This document shows positions 18,876-28,462 of a stretch of 64,000 nt of DNA, piece by piece (the stretch's first letter is position 1; the number at the start of each line of letters is the position of its first letter). A model generated the notes under the pieces. It was not told the origin of the DNA, did no database searches, and worked only from the letters and a program-made list of their open reading frames with translations. Origin of the DNA: Capsulimonadaceae bacterium. GTDB lineage: Bacteria > Armatimonadota > Armatimonadia > Armatimonadales > Capsulimonadaceae. The DNA is taken from assembly GCA_965215505.1 (NCBI GenBank), contig OZ244065.1:4224001-4288000 (forward strand), read 5' to 3'. The position numbers and the translations under genes are program-made.

Positions 18876-19709
18876 TCAGTCGAAAGTTTTCTTTTGCCTA
18901 AACGAAGAGCCTTCATGAACGAATAAAAAGTCAGATTGCCACAATGCATCGTCCAGCGGTCTGCGAATAAAGGAGCAAATATCATACACGACAAAGCCGC
19001 GTTGTTTCATGAAGTTTAGGACTTCATCTACTAATGGAGCACCTCGATTGACTTCAAGGAGAGCCACTTCCATCAGTATCACCTCGACACCTTGCAAGGT
19101 GTTTTGGCTGCCTCTAAGGATCTCTAGTTCGTATCCTTGAACGTCAAGCTTGAGGAAATCAACCTTGCTTGGGATACGCTCTGCAACAATCTCGTCCAGG
19201 GTTCGCATAGCATAGCGCTTGACTTCACGTTGAATGCTGCTTTGTTCCGGCAGTATCGAAGAGCCGGTTTGAAGCTCAAAGAAAGGAACATCGTCTCGTG
19301 CTTCAGGTCCCAAAAGGCTGATTTTATAATCAACTTCACCGTTGTATTGAGCCGATACTGTCTCCAGGATTTGCTCCTTCGCCGGCTGGGCCTCAATCAT
19401 GAGGACAGCAGCGTCCGGGAATATTCCTTTGACCATTTGAGTCCAAGTTCCTTGAAAAGCACCCACATCTACGATATTGGCTGGCCGGAAACCGAGGGCG
19501 CGGAGCCGGCGCAAACTGACCTCGACGGACGCCATTTCATATCGAACACAGATATCGTCCTTGTGTGAAGCAGACATCGCGGACAGGGACGCGCGGAAAA
19601 GAACATCCTTAGCCCATGATGGCACGATTTTTCCCGTGATATGAGCTATTTTTCGTCTCACTGTGTAGTCCTTATCACCGAACAATTGGCGTTGGGTGTC
19701 CACGCGCAT
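18876..19709 (-). CDS. FkbM-family methyltransferase
   Basis: IVDVGAFQG, FLKLDVQGYELEIL; true start probably slightly downstream. Confidence 0.9.
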   Translation of the reverse strand: MRVDTQRQLFGDKDYTVRRKIAHITGKIVPSWAKDVLFRASLSAMSASHKDDICVRYEMASVEVSLRRLRALGFRPANIVDVGAFQGTWTQMVKGIFPDAAVLMIEAQPAKEQILETVSAQYNGEVDYKISLLGPEARDDVPFFELQTGSSILPEQSSIQREVKRYAMRTLDEIVAERIPSKVDFLKLDVQGYELEILRGSQNTLQGVEVILMEVALLEVNRGAPLVDEVLNFMKQRGFVVYDICSFIRRPLDDALWQSDFLFVHEGSSFRQKKTFD

Positions 19710-20631
19710 AACGGTAAAGATGCACGGGTATTCGGGCGCAGCCGCTTACGGCTGCGCGGTAGCGCCGGTTAGCAGCATCTTTTTTGGCTGTCAGTAACCG
19801 CTGGCTGATCATGTACATTTGATAGGCTTTCCATCCGCCTCTGGCTTTCTGCTGGTGCTCTTTAGAGTTTTCGGGTGAGAAAAAGGCTTTACAACGCACC
19901 CGCCAGGCTTGTTCCGCAATTCCGGGCATCGCGCCGAGGTTGGACGAATGGCGTCTGTAGAGCATTATGACCCGGTTGATGAACTGCAAGTCGCCGAACC
20001 GGCTCAGGCGAATCAGCATGTCCCAATCTTCCGGGCCACGGAATGTTTCATCAAACGGCCCGGCCTTCTCGTAGAACTCTTTGCGGGTCAGGATCAGGCC
20101 GGGCGGGAACAGCACGTTGCCGTTCACCAGCACGTCAAAACTTGTCGGCTGTGCTAGGTCCCATTCGACAAGCCTTTTGCCGTCGAAGCCCAGACGCTGC
20201 CTGCCCCGGTCGGCGTACTCGCCCGGATTGACCGGCCGCCCGTTCTCATCTATGTAGTCCGCCAGGCCATGCGCCCCGATGAACTGCGGATTGTTTTCTA
20301 GTTCTGTTCTGAGGGTGCTGAGGGCGTCCGGCAGGTAGACATCATCGCTGTCCATAAAGGTGACATACTTTGATGAGGGATGACGTTCTCGAAATCCATG
20401 ATTACGGGCTGCGGAAGGGCCTCCATTGGGCTGTCGAAACAGGCGGATACGCGGGTCGCGATTGACATAGGCCTCTGCGACTGCGGCCGTGCCGTCCTTC
20501 GAGCCATCGTCAACGATGACGCATTCCCAGTCAGTCACCGTCTGGCTGAGAATGCTGTCTAAAGTCGCCGGCAGGAACCGCTCGCAGTTGTAGGCCGGCA
20601 TGATGATACTGATGGAGGGAGCCTGCATCAA
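19675..20631 (-). CDS. GT2 glycosyltransferase
   Basis: SIIMPAYN, VDDGSKD, FMDSDD, EDWDM. Confidence 0.9.
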   Translation of the reverse strand: MMQAPSISIIMPAYNCERFLPATLDSILSQTVTDWECVIVDDGSKDGTAAVAEAYVNRDPRIRLFRQPNGGPSAARNHGFRERHPSSKYVTFMDSDDVYLPDALSTLRTELENNPQFIGAHGLADYIDENGRPVNPGEYADRGRQRLGFDGKRLVEWDLAQPTSFDVLVNGNVLFPPGLILTRKEFYEKAGPFDETFRGPEDWDMLIRLSRFGDLQFINRVIMLYRRHSSNLGAMPGIAEQAWRVRCKAFFSPENSKEHQQKARGGWKAYQMYMISQRLLTAKKDAANRRYRAAVSGCARIPVHLYRYARGHPTPIVR

Positions 20632-21575
20632 GCGTACCTCTGCCAGACCTGTTCCGCTAACTTCGGGTGCCGATCGTACTGATGCACGACTGCCGGGGCC
20701 TGTCCATCATGATTGAGAAAGAGGCCCGCTGCGTCCTGAGATACATCAGTCCCGATGCTCATCGTCAGTACCGGGCCTGCCCCGTTCTTATGAATGGTGA
20801 CGGGATCGAGGCGGCCTTGGCGCAATAGGTAGTTGTGAATACCCTGGTCGTGGCTCCCGAGGGGCCAGTCGTGGCGCGCGATCTCACCAATCATCTGTGT
20901 CAGATAACGCCGGATGCCGGTCCGTGTCCCCATCGTGGTCCCGGAGCAGGAAATGACCAGGCCCTCTAGGGCGCGCACGGCATCCGGCCCGTACAGGTCA
21001 TTTATCCAGCGGCTGTTGAACGGTTCGTCCCCAAGCGTCAGGTGGGGGGCTTCAAGGAAAACTTCCAAGTCAGTGTCAAAAGTGTGGCTGAAGGGGTCGC
21101 CTTGGAAGACGACATCGCGGACGTCGGACAGCATTACGAAGTCGACATCCGGTGCATGGTTATCAAGATAATCCCGGTAGTGCCAGTAGCGGAGCGATTG
21201 GAATCCTTCCAGATATTGCTCCAAATCGAGCCTCAGCTTTATGCGTCGGTCGCCTTTGGCGCGGCGCAGGGCGGCCCGGAACAAACTTGGGTAGAGACGC
21301 CGCACCCGCCGCATTACTCTTACTTTCGCGAGCCACCGGGCATAGGCCCGTAGGTGGTGCTTCTCGATCTCGGCCCCGTAGATGCTGTCCAAGACGATGA
21401 CATCATCGGCAAGGGTTCTCAGTTCCGTGGCCGCATCCTCGCTGATGCCGCCAACGAACAGGGAGACTTTGCCGGCGTAGCTTGTCGCCCTCAGAGATTT
21501 AAGGAACGGCATGATGAGGCTGTTCGTGTAGCCGGCCGCGACGCCCATGATCAGAGAGTTCGGGGAAGAGGTCAT
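20628..21575 (-). CDS. Putative GT-A fold glycosyltransferase / hypothetical protein
   Basis: SDVRDVVFQ.DPF (DxxD), DQGIHNY, VHQYDR; position in polysaccharide locus. Confidence 0.65.
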   Translation of the reverse strand: MTSSPNSLIMGVAAGYTNSLIMPFLKSLRATSYAGKVSLFVGGISEDAATELRTLADDVIVLDSIYGAEIEKHHLRAYARWLAKVRVMRRVRRLYPSLFRAALRRAKGDRRIKLRLDLEQYLEGFQSLRYWHYRDYLDNHAPDVDFVMLSDVRDVVFQGDPFSHTFDTDLEVFLEAPHLTLGDEPFNSRWINDLYGPDAVRALEGLVISCSGTTMGTRTGIRRYLTQMIGEIARHDWPLGSHDQGIHNYLLRQGRLDPVTIHKNGAGPVLTMSIGTDVSQDAAGLFLNHDGQAPAVVHQYDRHPKLAEQVWQRYA

Positions 21576-22714
21576 GGGGATGGTTTCACCGTGTCATAGA
21601 TGCCGAGGTACTGATCGGCGATGGCCTCCCAATCAAACACTTTAGCCCGCTCCCGGCCCGCCGCGCCCAGCCTCTGCCGCAGGGGGTTGTCGTCGGTGAG
21701 GCGATCAATGGCTTGCGCCAGGGCGCAGGCGTCCTCGGGGGGGACGAGCAGGCCCGTCTCGCCGTCCTGGACGATCTCGGGGACGCCGCCGACGCGGCTG
21801 GCGAGGACGGCCTTGCCCGCCGCCATGGCTTCCAGGTTGACGATGCCCTGCGGCTCCTGGCGGGAGGGCAGCACGAAGAACGAACAGCCCGCGAACAGCG
21901 AGACGGCCGTGGGGCGGTCGGCGCGTCCGACGAACCGTACCTGGTCGCCTAAGCCCAGGGCATCGGCCAGACGTTCCAGGGCGGGGCGCTCCGGGCCGTC
22001 ACCCGCCAGGAGCAAGTCGTGTGAGGTCTGACCGGCTCGGGCGAACGCCTGTAAAAGTACGTCGAAGCCCTTCTGGGGGACGTGGCGGCCGATGCCCAGG
22101 ATGTAGGGGCGCGGGTGCGGGTAGGGCACCGGGGCGGCGAAGCTGCTCAGGTCAATGCCGTTGTAGACCACCTCAGCGCGCGGGCCGAACGGCGACCCGA
22201 ACCACCCTTCCAGGTCGTCCAGGGTGTGCCGGGAGCAGGCGGTGATGTGGTCGGCCTCGGCCAGCAGGGCGCAGAGCATCCGGTTCATGTACGCCGACCG
22301 CTGGTAGATGCGCTCGGCGTCCATCGTCCGCTCCCCCTGGGCGGTGACGACGAGGGGCAGACGCAGCGCCCGCCGGGCGACCTGGGCGTAGTAGCCGTTG
22401 GAGCTGACGCACTGGACATGCAGCAGGTCTATCTTATGCCGCCTCAGCACGTCCAGCATCCGGCGCACGCTGGCCCCATGAGTGAGCCGGTACTTGGCCC
22501 GTTCCCGCAGGCTGCCCCCCGGCGTCCGCATGGCGAAGCGGTAGACGGGGATGCCCTCGTACTCCTCGAACTCCGGCAACTCCGGCGGCCAGCGGTTGGT
22601 GACGACAATCGCCCCGTGTCCTTTACGGTGGTAGGCGTGGGCGAGCTGTCGTACCAACTCCTCGACGCCGCCGACGTGGGGGTGGAAGGCGCTGGCAAAG
22701 AGGGCGATGTTCAC
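21572..22714 (-). CDS. GT4 glycosyltransferase
   Basis: GGVE, GRHVPQKG, EPQGIVNLEAMAAG; GTG start overlapping the upstream TGA. Confidence 0.9.
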   Translation of the reverse strand: MNIALFASAFHPHVGGVEELVRQLAHAYHRKGHGAIVVTNRWPPELPEFEEYEGIPVYRFAMRTPGGSLRERAKYRLTHGASVRRMLDVLRRHKIDLLHVQCVSSNGYYAQVARRALRLPLVVTAQGERTMDAERIYQRSAYMNRMLCALLAEADHITACSRHTLDDLEGWFGSPFGPRAEVVYNGIDLSSFAAPVPYPHPRPYILGIGRHVPQKGFDVLLQAFARAGQTSHDLLLAGDGPERPALERLADALGLGDQVRFVGRADRPTAVSLFAGCSFFVLPSRQEPQGIVNLEAMAAGKAVLASRVGGVPEIVQDGETGLLVPPEDACALAQAIDRLTDDNPLRQRLGAAGRERAKVFDWEAIADQYLGIYDTVKPSP

Positions 22715-23703
22715 GCTCCACCCCTCCCCATCTGCCGCTCCGCCGCGCCCAGCCACTTCCGCGCTTCGCTCCGCTTGTTGGACGCGGCGAGGCGTAAATA
22801 CTGCCTGTCCAGCAGGGGCCGCCTGCGAACACAGGCACCGCTTTCCAGCAAGGTGCGACAGTGTTCCACGGTGCGGTGAAAGAACACGTCAGGCGCAAGC
22901 CAGTCTTGATATGCCTGACGAGCGCGGGCGGACAGGACGGGAAAGTCAGCTTCCCGCGACTCCAGCAGCGCCGGGATCGTGCCGACTTCCGATTCCCGCA
23001 CCCGGATCGCGCAGCCTTCCCAGTCTATGCCGACGGGTGGAACCCACTCGTCGCTGATAATCACAGGGACACGACCCACCGTGAGTGTTTCCTGCAACCG
23101 GAAGGACGACGCGCCGGTTCCACGCGGACAGAGCACGAACTTGGACCGCCGCAGGACCTCCCGATAGCGGCACTTCTGCGCCTGGATGCGCTGCTCGTCA
23201 CGGCCGTCAGACAGATCAAAAAAGTCAGTGTGCGACGTGTCCTCGATGTGGGCGCGCGGGTGCGTCAGGTCTAGGAGACGGTCGCGTACTTTGTGCCGAC
23301 GCCCGCCCATGAAGCTAAACAGCAGGTCCGGCTCGGCGGCCTCTTCCGGGGCCACATGCTCGTTGTGGTTCTTGTAATAAGGCACGGCGATCTGGCGGCG
23401 CGGGTCGAAGCCAGACTTCGGCATGCTGACGTACAGCCCCGGCAGGGCGCACCAGGGCCGGTCGCGGTCGTCGTAGATCAGCGTCTTCTCAGGGAAGCGC
23501 CGGACAAGTGGGTGATGCCGAATGGCGGCCAGCGTCCAATCATGCGGCATGTGCGCGTCCACGAACAGGATGACGTCGGCCTCCGCCGCGCTTTCGGTCA
23601 GCGTATGGACGCCGAAGCGGTCACGCGCCGCCAGGCTCTGGAAGTCGGCCAGTGGCGTCCATTCGAGCGGGAAGTTCCCTGCGGTTGTGAGGAGCACCTT
23701 CAC
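22711..23703 (-). CDS. Exostosin-family (GT47) glycosyltransferase
   Basis: FSFMG, RSKFVLCPRGTGASSFRLQETL..GRVPVIISD. Confidence 0.85.
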   Translation of the reverse strand: MKVLLTTAGNFPLEWTPLADFQSLAARDRFGVHTLTESAAEADVILFVDAHMPHDWTLAAIRHHPLVRRFPEKTLIYDDRDRPWCALPGLYVSMPKSGFDPRRQIAVPYYKNHNEHVAPEEAAEPDLLFSFMGGRRHKVRDRLLDLTHPRAHIEDTSHTDFFDLSDGRDEQRIQAQKCRYREVLRRSKFVLCPRGTGASSFRLQETLTVGRVPVIISDEWVPPVGIDWEGCAIRVRESEVGTIPALLESREADFPVLSARARQAYQDWLAPDVFFHRTVEHCRTLLESGACVRRRPLLDRQYLRLAASNKRSEARKWLGAAERQMGRGGA

Positions 23704-24650
23704 GTCAGGACGGCCTCCTGGACGCCGTCAATCCCCGCCATGATGCGCGCGAATGCTTCCCTGTCACTGATCTGACGTAAGGGCCTTTCCGCCGCGCGCC
23801 GTGTCTGCATCTGGTGCCTCCGCCCCCAGGCGGCTGCGAACCCTTTCAGGAACGGCGCGTCTCCCTTTGCCGCCGCCCGCGCCAGGCGGAACGGCAGCCA
23901 GGCCAGGTGCTCGCGCCGCATCTGCGGGTCGTCGATGTTCTTCCACTGGAGCAGGAACGTGTTCTGGTCCACGATGGCTCTAAGCTGCTTCTTCTTGTAG
24001 GCCGCGCCGGACGTCTGCCCCCCCAGGTGGTACAGCACGCTGCGCGGCTCATAGAGGATGCGCCAGCCGCGCCGCCAGGCGCGGTAGGATAAATCAATAT
24101 CCTCGTGGTAAAGCGGCCAGAATAACTCATCAAAGCCGCCGAGTTCGAGGTACTTGGACCGCGAGAACGCCGCCTGACCGCCGAGCGCGAAGAAGCAAGT
24201 GGAGGTGCATCCAATGTCGGGGAGCTGGTTGTACCACCACAGGCCCCGGTGGAAGCCGCCCGAGGTGCGCGACCCCTGCGGCGTCACGCGGTCGCCGGTC
24301 AGGACGCGCGTGTTGACGGCGAACACGTCCGGCGTGTGCAGGTGTTCCAGCAGCGGCGGCAGGAAATCCGGCTCGACCAGGATGTCGTTGTTGAGCAGCA
24401 GGACCGCCTCGGTGTCCAGGGTCGGCACGATGTCGTTGTAGGTGAACAGGAAGGCGTTGCGCGGAGCGCGGACGTTCCTAACCCACGGGAACTGATGCTC
24501 GGTGTAGGCGATGCTGTCATCCGTGCTGCCGTTGTCAATCAGGTACACGTCATGGTCGTGGCCGTATCGGGTTGCGGCTCCCAAGGTGCTGAAGCACCCT
24601 TCCAGCAGGCGTAGGCCGTTGTAATTAAGAACAAGGAGACTGGAGCGCAT
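23700..24650 (-). CDS. GT2 glycosyltransferase
   Basis: LNYNG, IDNGSTD, LLNND, YHEDIDLSYR. Confidence 0.9.
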   Translation of the reverse strand: MRSSLLVLNYNGLRLLEGCFSTLGAATRYGHDHDVYLIDNGSTDDSIAYTEHQFPWVRNVRAPRNAFLFTYNDIVPTLDTEAVLLLNNDILVEPDFLPPLLEHLHTPDVFAVNTRVLTGDRVTPQGSRTSGGFHRGLWWYNQLPDIGCTSTCFFALGGQAAFSRSKYLELGGFDELFWPLYHEDIDLSYRAWRRGWRILYEPRSVLYHLGGQTSGAAYKKKQLRAIVDQNTFLLQWKNIDDPQMRREHLAWLPFRLARAAAKGDAPFLKGFAAAWGRRHQMQTRRAAERPLRQISDREAFARIMAGIDGVQEAVLT

Positions 24651-24651
24651 T

Positions 24652-25578
24652 CTATATCAAAAAGTTTCGCGTACTTGGCAAAGCGTTGTATAGCCCTATT
24701 TTAGACAAGATTTTGTAGAAATTGATGTTCAGAATTAGTCTTGGATTGAGGCGAATGGCGTCTAAGAACTTCCCATTGCCTTGCAACCCCCGTCGTGCTT
24801 GATTCAGGCGTTCATAGACGATACGGGAGCTATAAACTTGGCGAATGTGCTGCTTACTTTTGGCAATACTGATTCGGCATTGCAAACAGTCCTTGTGGCT
24901 GTGGGAATGTTTTTGAAGTACCTGAAATAATTCCCTCGCGATGCGGAGATGGTTGCGGCTTGTCAAACTGCTGTCATGCACACGATAGCAGGAAAGTACT
25001 TCAGGGATAACAGCCACTTCGTTGTGCAGCGAAATTCGCAGCCACAAATCCCAATCTTCCCCGGTCCGCAATTGGGTGTCAAAAGGGCTGACTTTAGGCA
25101 AGGCATTCCGGCGAACCACAGCAGTGAGTGTGCCAACAGTGCAGTGTTCAAGAAGGCTATGAAAGACGTAGCCTTCTGTATGAAAGCGCTTTTCTTGTAG
25201 GTTGCCGTCACTATCTACCCAGACATGATAGGAGTGAACTAAGCCTACCTTTGGATTTGTGAAGGCTGGGATTTGGCGTTCCAATTTGTTTGGCAGCCAA
25301 TAATCGTCAGCGTCTAGGAACGCAAGGTATTCACCTGTCGAAGCGGCAATTGCTGCATTACGGGCGGCTGAGACTCCACTGTTTTTCTGACGGATGAAGG
25401 TGATTCGAATGCCGTAGCGCTCGGCGACGGTACAAGAGGCATCAGTTGAGCCATCATCTACGACTATAATCTCTACGTTAGAGTAAGTCTGTGCAAGAAC
25501 ACTCTCTATAGCCTGAGATAAGTAGGCTTCGGCGTTGTAGCAGGGAATAATGACGCTGACCTTTGAAGGAATAAACAT
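24652..25578 (-). CDS. GT2 glycosyltransferase (low GC)
   Basis: VSVIIPCYN, VDDGSTD, FLDADD, EDWDLW. Confidence 0.9.
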   Translation of the reverse strand: MFIPSKVSVIIPCYNAEAYLSQAIESVLAQTYSNVEIIVVDDGSTDASCTVAERYGIRITFIRQKNSGVSAARNAAIAASTGEYLAFLDADDYWLPNKLERQIPAFTNPKVGLVHSYHVWVDSDGNLQEKRFHTEGYVFHSLLEHCTVGTLTAVVRRNALPKVSPFDTQLRTGEDWDLWLRISLHNEVAVIPEVLSCYRVHDSSLTSRNHLRIARELFQVLQKHSHSHKDCLQCRISIAKSKQHIRQVYSSRIVYERLNQARRGLQGNGKFLDAIRLNPRLILNINFYKILSKIGLYNALPSTRNFLI

Positions 25579-25615
25579 CGTCGTACTCGATAGTATGTTG
25601 AGAACAAGAATAATT

Positions 25616-26554
25616 CTAACTACTCTTACTTTTGATTAGATCAGCCTTCTGATAATATCTTGGTCGCCTTCTCTCAATGAGCCACTGTTTGTGAAAATTA
25701 ATTTCTTGTACCAGTTCCATTTCCCACAGAGGCATCCCTTCTCTTGAACATTCTTGCGCCTTTACAGCACGCAAAAAGACTAACTGAATGATATGTTTGA
25801 GCAGGCGCACATAGCAAAAAGAATTATGGGAGTGATAATAATGATGAGCGACATAGGCGCTTACTCTTCCGAACTTCTCTGCGGTGGTAATAAACCCTGC
25901 ACGCGACAATCTCGACGCATCGCAATGATGCACGACCACGGTTTCTAGCGCAGCTCTGAGTCTATATCCTGCATCAAACAGCTCCCAGGTAAACAATGTT
26001 TCATCGCCAAAGCCCATCGCTCCTGGTCCCAATTCAACATTGAACTGGGGTACTTTAGTCAACACTTTCCGCGAGAACGCCATATTTGCACCCACCATAC
26101 GATTGGGTTTGTCCGCATCTAGGCCTTCGGTACTTGCTAACCAGTTCCGATGAAGTGTCTTCATCCACGGGCGCTCTAAGTGCGTTGCGAGCCTTACCCC
26201 GCCTGCCATAGCCTCCGCCTCATCCCGCAAAATTGGCCCGCACATTCCCTCGATCCAATTCTTCGGAGGCCGCACATCGTCATCGGTGAACAGAAACACC
26301 TCGCCCTGGGCCGCCGCCATCCCTGCGTTGTACGCATAGCCCTTGCCCTGCCGGGGTTCATGGATGTAGCGTACCGACATATTCGGCAGATGACAGGACG
26401 CGACAACTTCGGCAGTCGCGTCGGTGGAAGCATTATCCACTACCAACAGTTCGGTGGGCATTTGCTTTGGAACATGGAGTTGGGCAATCGCCGCCAGCGT
26501 CTGCTGTAGGTCATTAGCGCGATTACAGGTGCAGAGAATGATTGAGACAATCAC
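25616..26554 (-). CDS. GT2 glycosyltransferase
   Basis: SIILCTCNR, VDNASTD, FTDDD, GANMAF. Confidence 0.9.
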   Translation of the reverse strand: MIVSIILCTCNRANDLQQTLAAIAQLHVPKQMPTELLVVDNASTDATAEVVASCHLPNMSVRYIHEPRQGKGYAYNAGMAAAQGEVFLFTDDDVRPPKNWIEGMCGPILRDEAEAMAGGVRLATHLERPWMKTLHRNWLASTEGLDADKPNRMVGANMAFSRKVLTKVPQFNVELGPGAMGFGDETLFTWELFDAGYRLRAALETVVVHHCDASRLSRAGFITTAEKFGRVSAYVAHHYYHSHNSFCYVRLLKHIIQLVFLRAVKAQECSREGMPLWEMELVQEINFHKQWLIERRRPRYYQKADLIKSKSS

Positions 26555-26557
26555 GGT

Positions 26558-27526
26558 TCATCTTTTTCCAGTCAAAATCGGTTTCATTGCTTGGCAAGCG
26601 GGCCTTGCCCATTTTGGAAGAACCTGAGACCGGCCTGTTGTATGATCTAATATAAGACGCGCTCGTTTTCTTGGTCTCTGTGCCTGGTATTTTTCTTCAT
26701 TCGCTTCTATTTCGCGCGAAATCATGTTGAACAAGTTATGATCGTTCAGCACGCGCCGCCTTGCTTCAGCGATGGCATCCATGTTACGCTCTCGTAAATC
26801 ACTGTTGATAACACCACGCAAAAAAGCAGTCGGGTTGGATGTTTCAGGGTCTAGCTGTATGTAGGAATTCTTTGGAAAGAAGCGATCTAATTCAGTACAG
26901 CCATAATAGATAGGCATTGTCCAAGCAAGGAAGCAATCCATGACCTTTTCACTCCAATAGTGACTATTGGAGTAGTTCTCAAAGGCAATGGAATAGCGGT
27001 ATGGTGCTAACCCCTCCCATTTGCCAGCTATCGGGGTATATCCACGGCCATAAAGGTCCAGTTCAGCCATTCCCCGAACTTTGTCTAGGAAAGTCAAACG
27101 GTATTTATGTCCAGTGAATAGTGAATTGTTACTTGTCACCCAGGAAAGGGGATGGGTTTTTTCGCAGGGGGGGCAGGTGCTGAGATAATCGTAGTCTTGA
27201 TCAACCCACCACGGTAGGTATGAGTAACTCAGGATGTGCTTATCACTCACTCTTCCCGAATCGGTCATGTAAGCCCGATCAATGTTTCCCCAAATTTTAT
27301 GCCAAGGTTCAGCGAGTTCATGTGGAGCCTCGCCCATCACAAGCCAAATATGCCCTTTGGGACACCTGACCCATGATGGCTTTTTTACATGACCATGAAC
27401 AACCACATAATCTGCTTCACCGGGTTCATCAATGATGAAGCGAATGCCGTTCCATATACCTTTGCCGCCTGGCGTCTGGCGAAAAAGATCCGGGTATTTC
27501 CAATATTTAAGAATCCGTACTAGCAT
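26558..27526 (-). CDS. GT10 alpha-1,3/4-fucosyltransferase-like protein
   Basis: YRYSIAFENYSNSHYWSEKVMDCFLAWTMPIYYG motif. Confidence 0.85.
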   Translation of the reverse strand: MLVRILKYWKYPDLFRQTPGGKGIWNGIRFIIDEPGEADYVVVHGHVKKPSWVRCPKGHIWLVMGEAPHELAEPWHKIWGNIDRAYMTDSGRVSDKHILSYSYLPWWVDQDYDYLSTCPPCEKTHPLSWVTSNNSLFTGHKYRLTFLDKVRGMAELDLYGRGYTPIAGKWEGLAPYRYSIAFENYSNSHYWSEKVMDCFLAWTMPIYYGCTELDRFFPKNSYIQLDPETSNPTAFLRGVINSDLRERNMDAIAEARRRVLNDHNLFNMISREIEANEEKYQAQRPRKRARLILDHTTGRSQVLPKWARPACQAMKPILTGKR

Positions 27527-27585
27527 TGTTGCAGAAAGAAATCACATGCGGCATTGTTATGAAGGGCTATATCCATAATATGTTT

Positions 27586-28431
27586 TCAACCTTTTACACG
27601 TTGAAAGACAGGAAGATTATGAAAAACCCAGCGCTCTATATGCCTTCTAAAACGCCGTGGCCTAATGTTTGCGGAGAGTTTATAAGCTACCCTTAAAAGG
27701 GGGTGACTATAGAGTTGATCTAGTCGTACTTGATATGATTCTTTAGGGTCCAGTAGTTCAGGATGATCCTTATAAAATCTATCCCAATCTGTGCCAAAAT
27801 TAACATCAGTGCCATACTGAAGGGTAAGCCTACCATAATGATGCGCGAAGCTATCTACAAGGATAACTTCCAATCCAAAGTTCTTGAGGTTAAGGCTCGA
27901 CTCTATATCATTGAAGCATCCGCTGTATTTGCTGGATAGACCACCTATTTTCTCGAAAACCGTTCGTGGGAACACATTAAGATTATATGTCATCATGCCA
28001 GGGTAACAGTTATGCCTCACGGCATTACACGATGCCTCTTGTGCTATATAATCACACGATGAAAGGTAAGGGATCAAGCAACCAATTGGCAGATCAGGAT
28101 TGTTCTCTATGAATCTCTTAAATAAGGTGAAGGTGTCGGGGCAAACATAAATATCTGACGCCATAGTGACTACCCAATCTTCCGCTAGGCAGGCTACGCC
28201 ATTGTTGTATGCCTCTGAGAATGATAGGAGTCTCCCATAATGCTTATAAGTGACATCAATATCGCTACAGAACTTATGCAAATCCGCATCGTATTCCGCC
28301 GAACTATCCACGACAACTATTGAAGTTATTTCAACACAATTTTTGAGCAATGCAATAGCTAGTCTTGTTGACTGTCTGACTGAAAGAGGATGCTCCGGCC
28401 TTTGAAAATGATTTATAGCGACGCCAAACAT
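27586..28431 (-). CDS. GT2-like glycosyltransferase (low GC)
   Basis: VVVDSS, SFSEAYNNG, MASDIY, IGGL...Y...FND. Confidence 0.65.
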   Translation of the reverse strand: MFGVAINHFQRPEHPLSVRQSTRLAIALLKNCVEITSIVVVDSSAEYDADLHKFCSDIDVTYKHYGRLLSFSEAYNNGVACLAEDWVVTMASDIYVCPDTFTLFKRFIENNPDLPIGCLIPYLSSCDYIAQEASCNAVRHNCYPGMMTYNLNVFPRTVFEKIGGLSSKYSGCFNDIESSLNLKNFGLEVILVDSFAHHYGRLTLQYGTDVNFGTDWDRFYKDHPELLDPKESYQVRLDQLYSHPLLRVAYKLSANIRPRRFRRHIERWVFHNLPVFQRVKG

Positions 28432-28462
28432 TAAAAAGCCTTTTTGACAAAGAAATGAAAAC

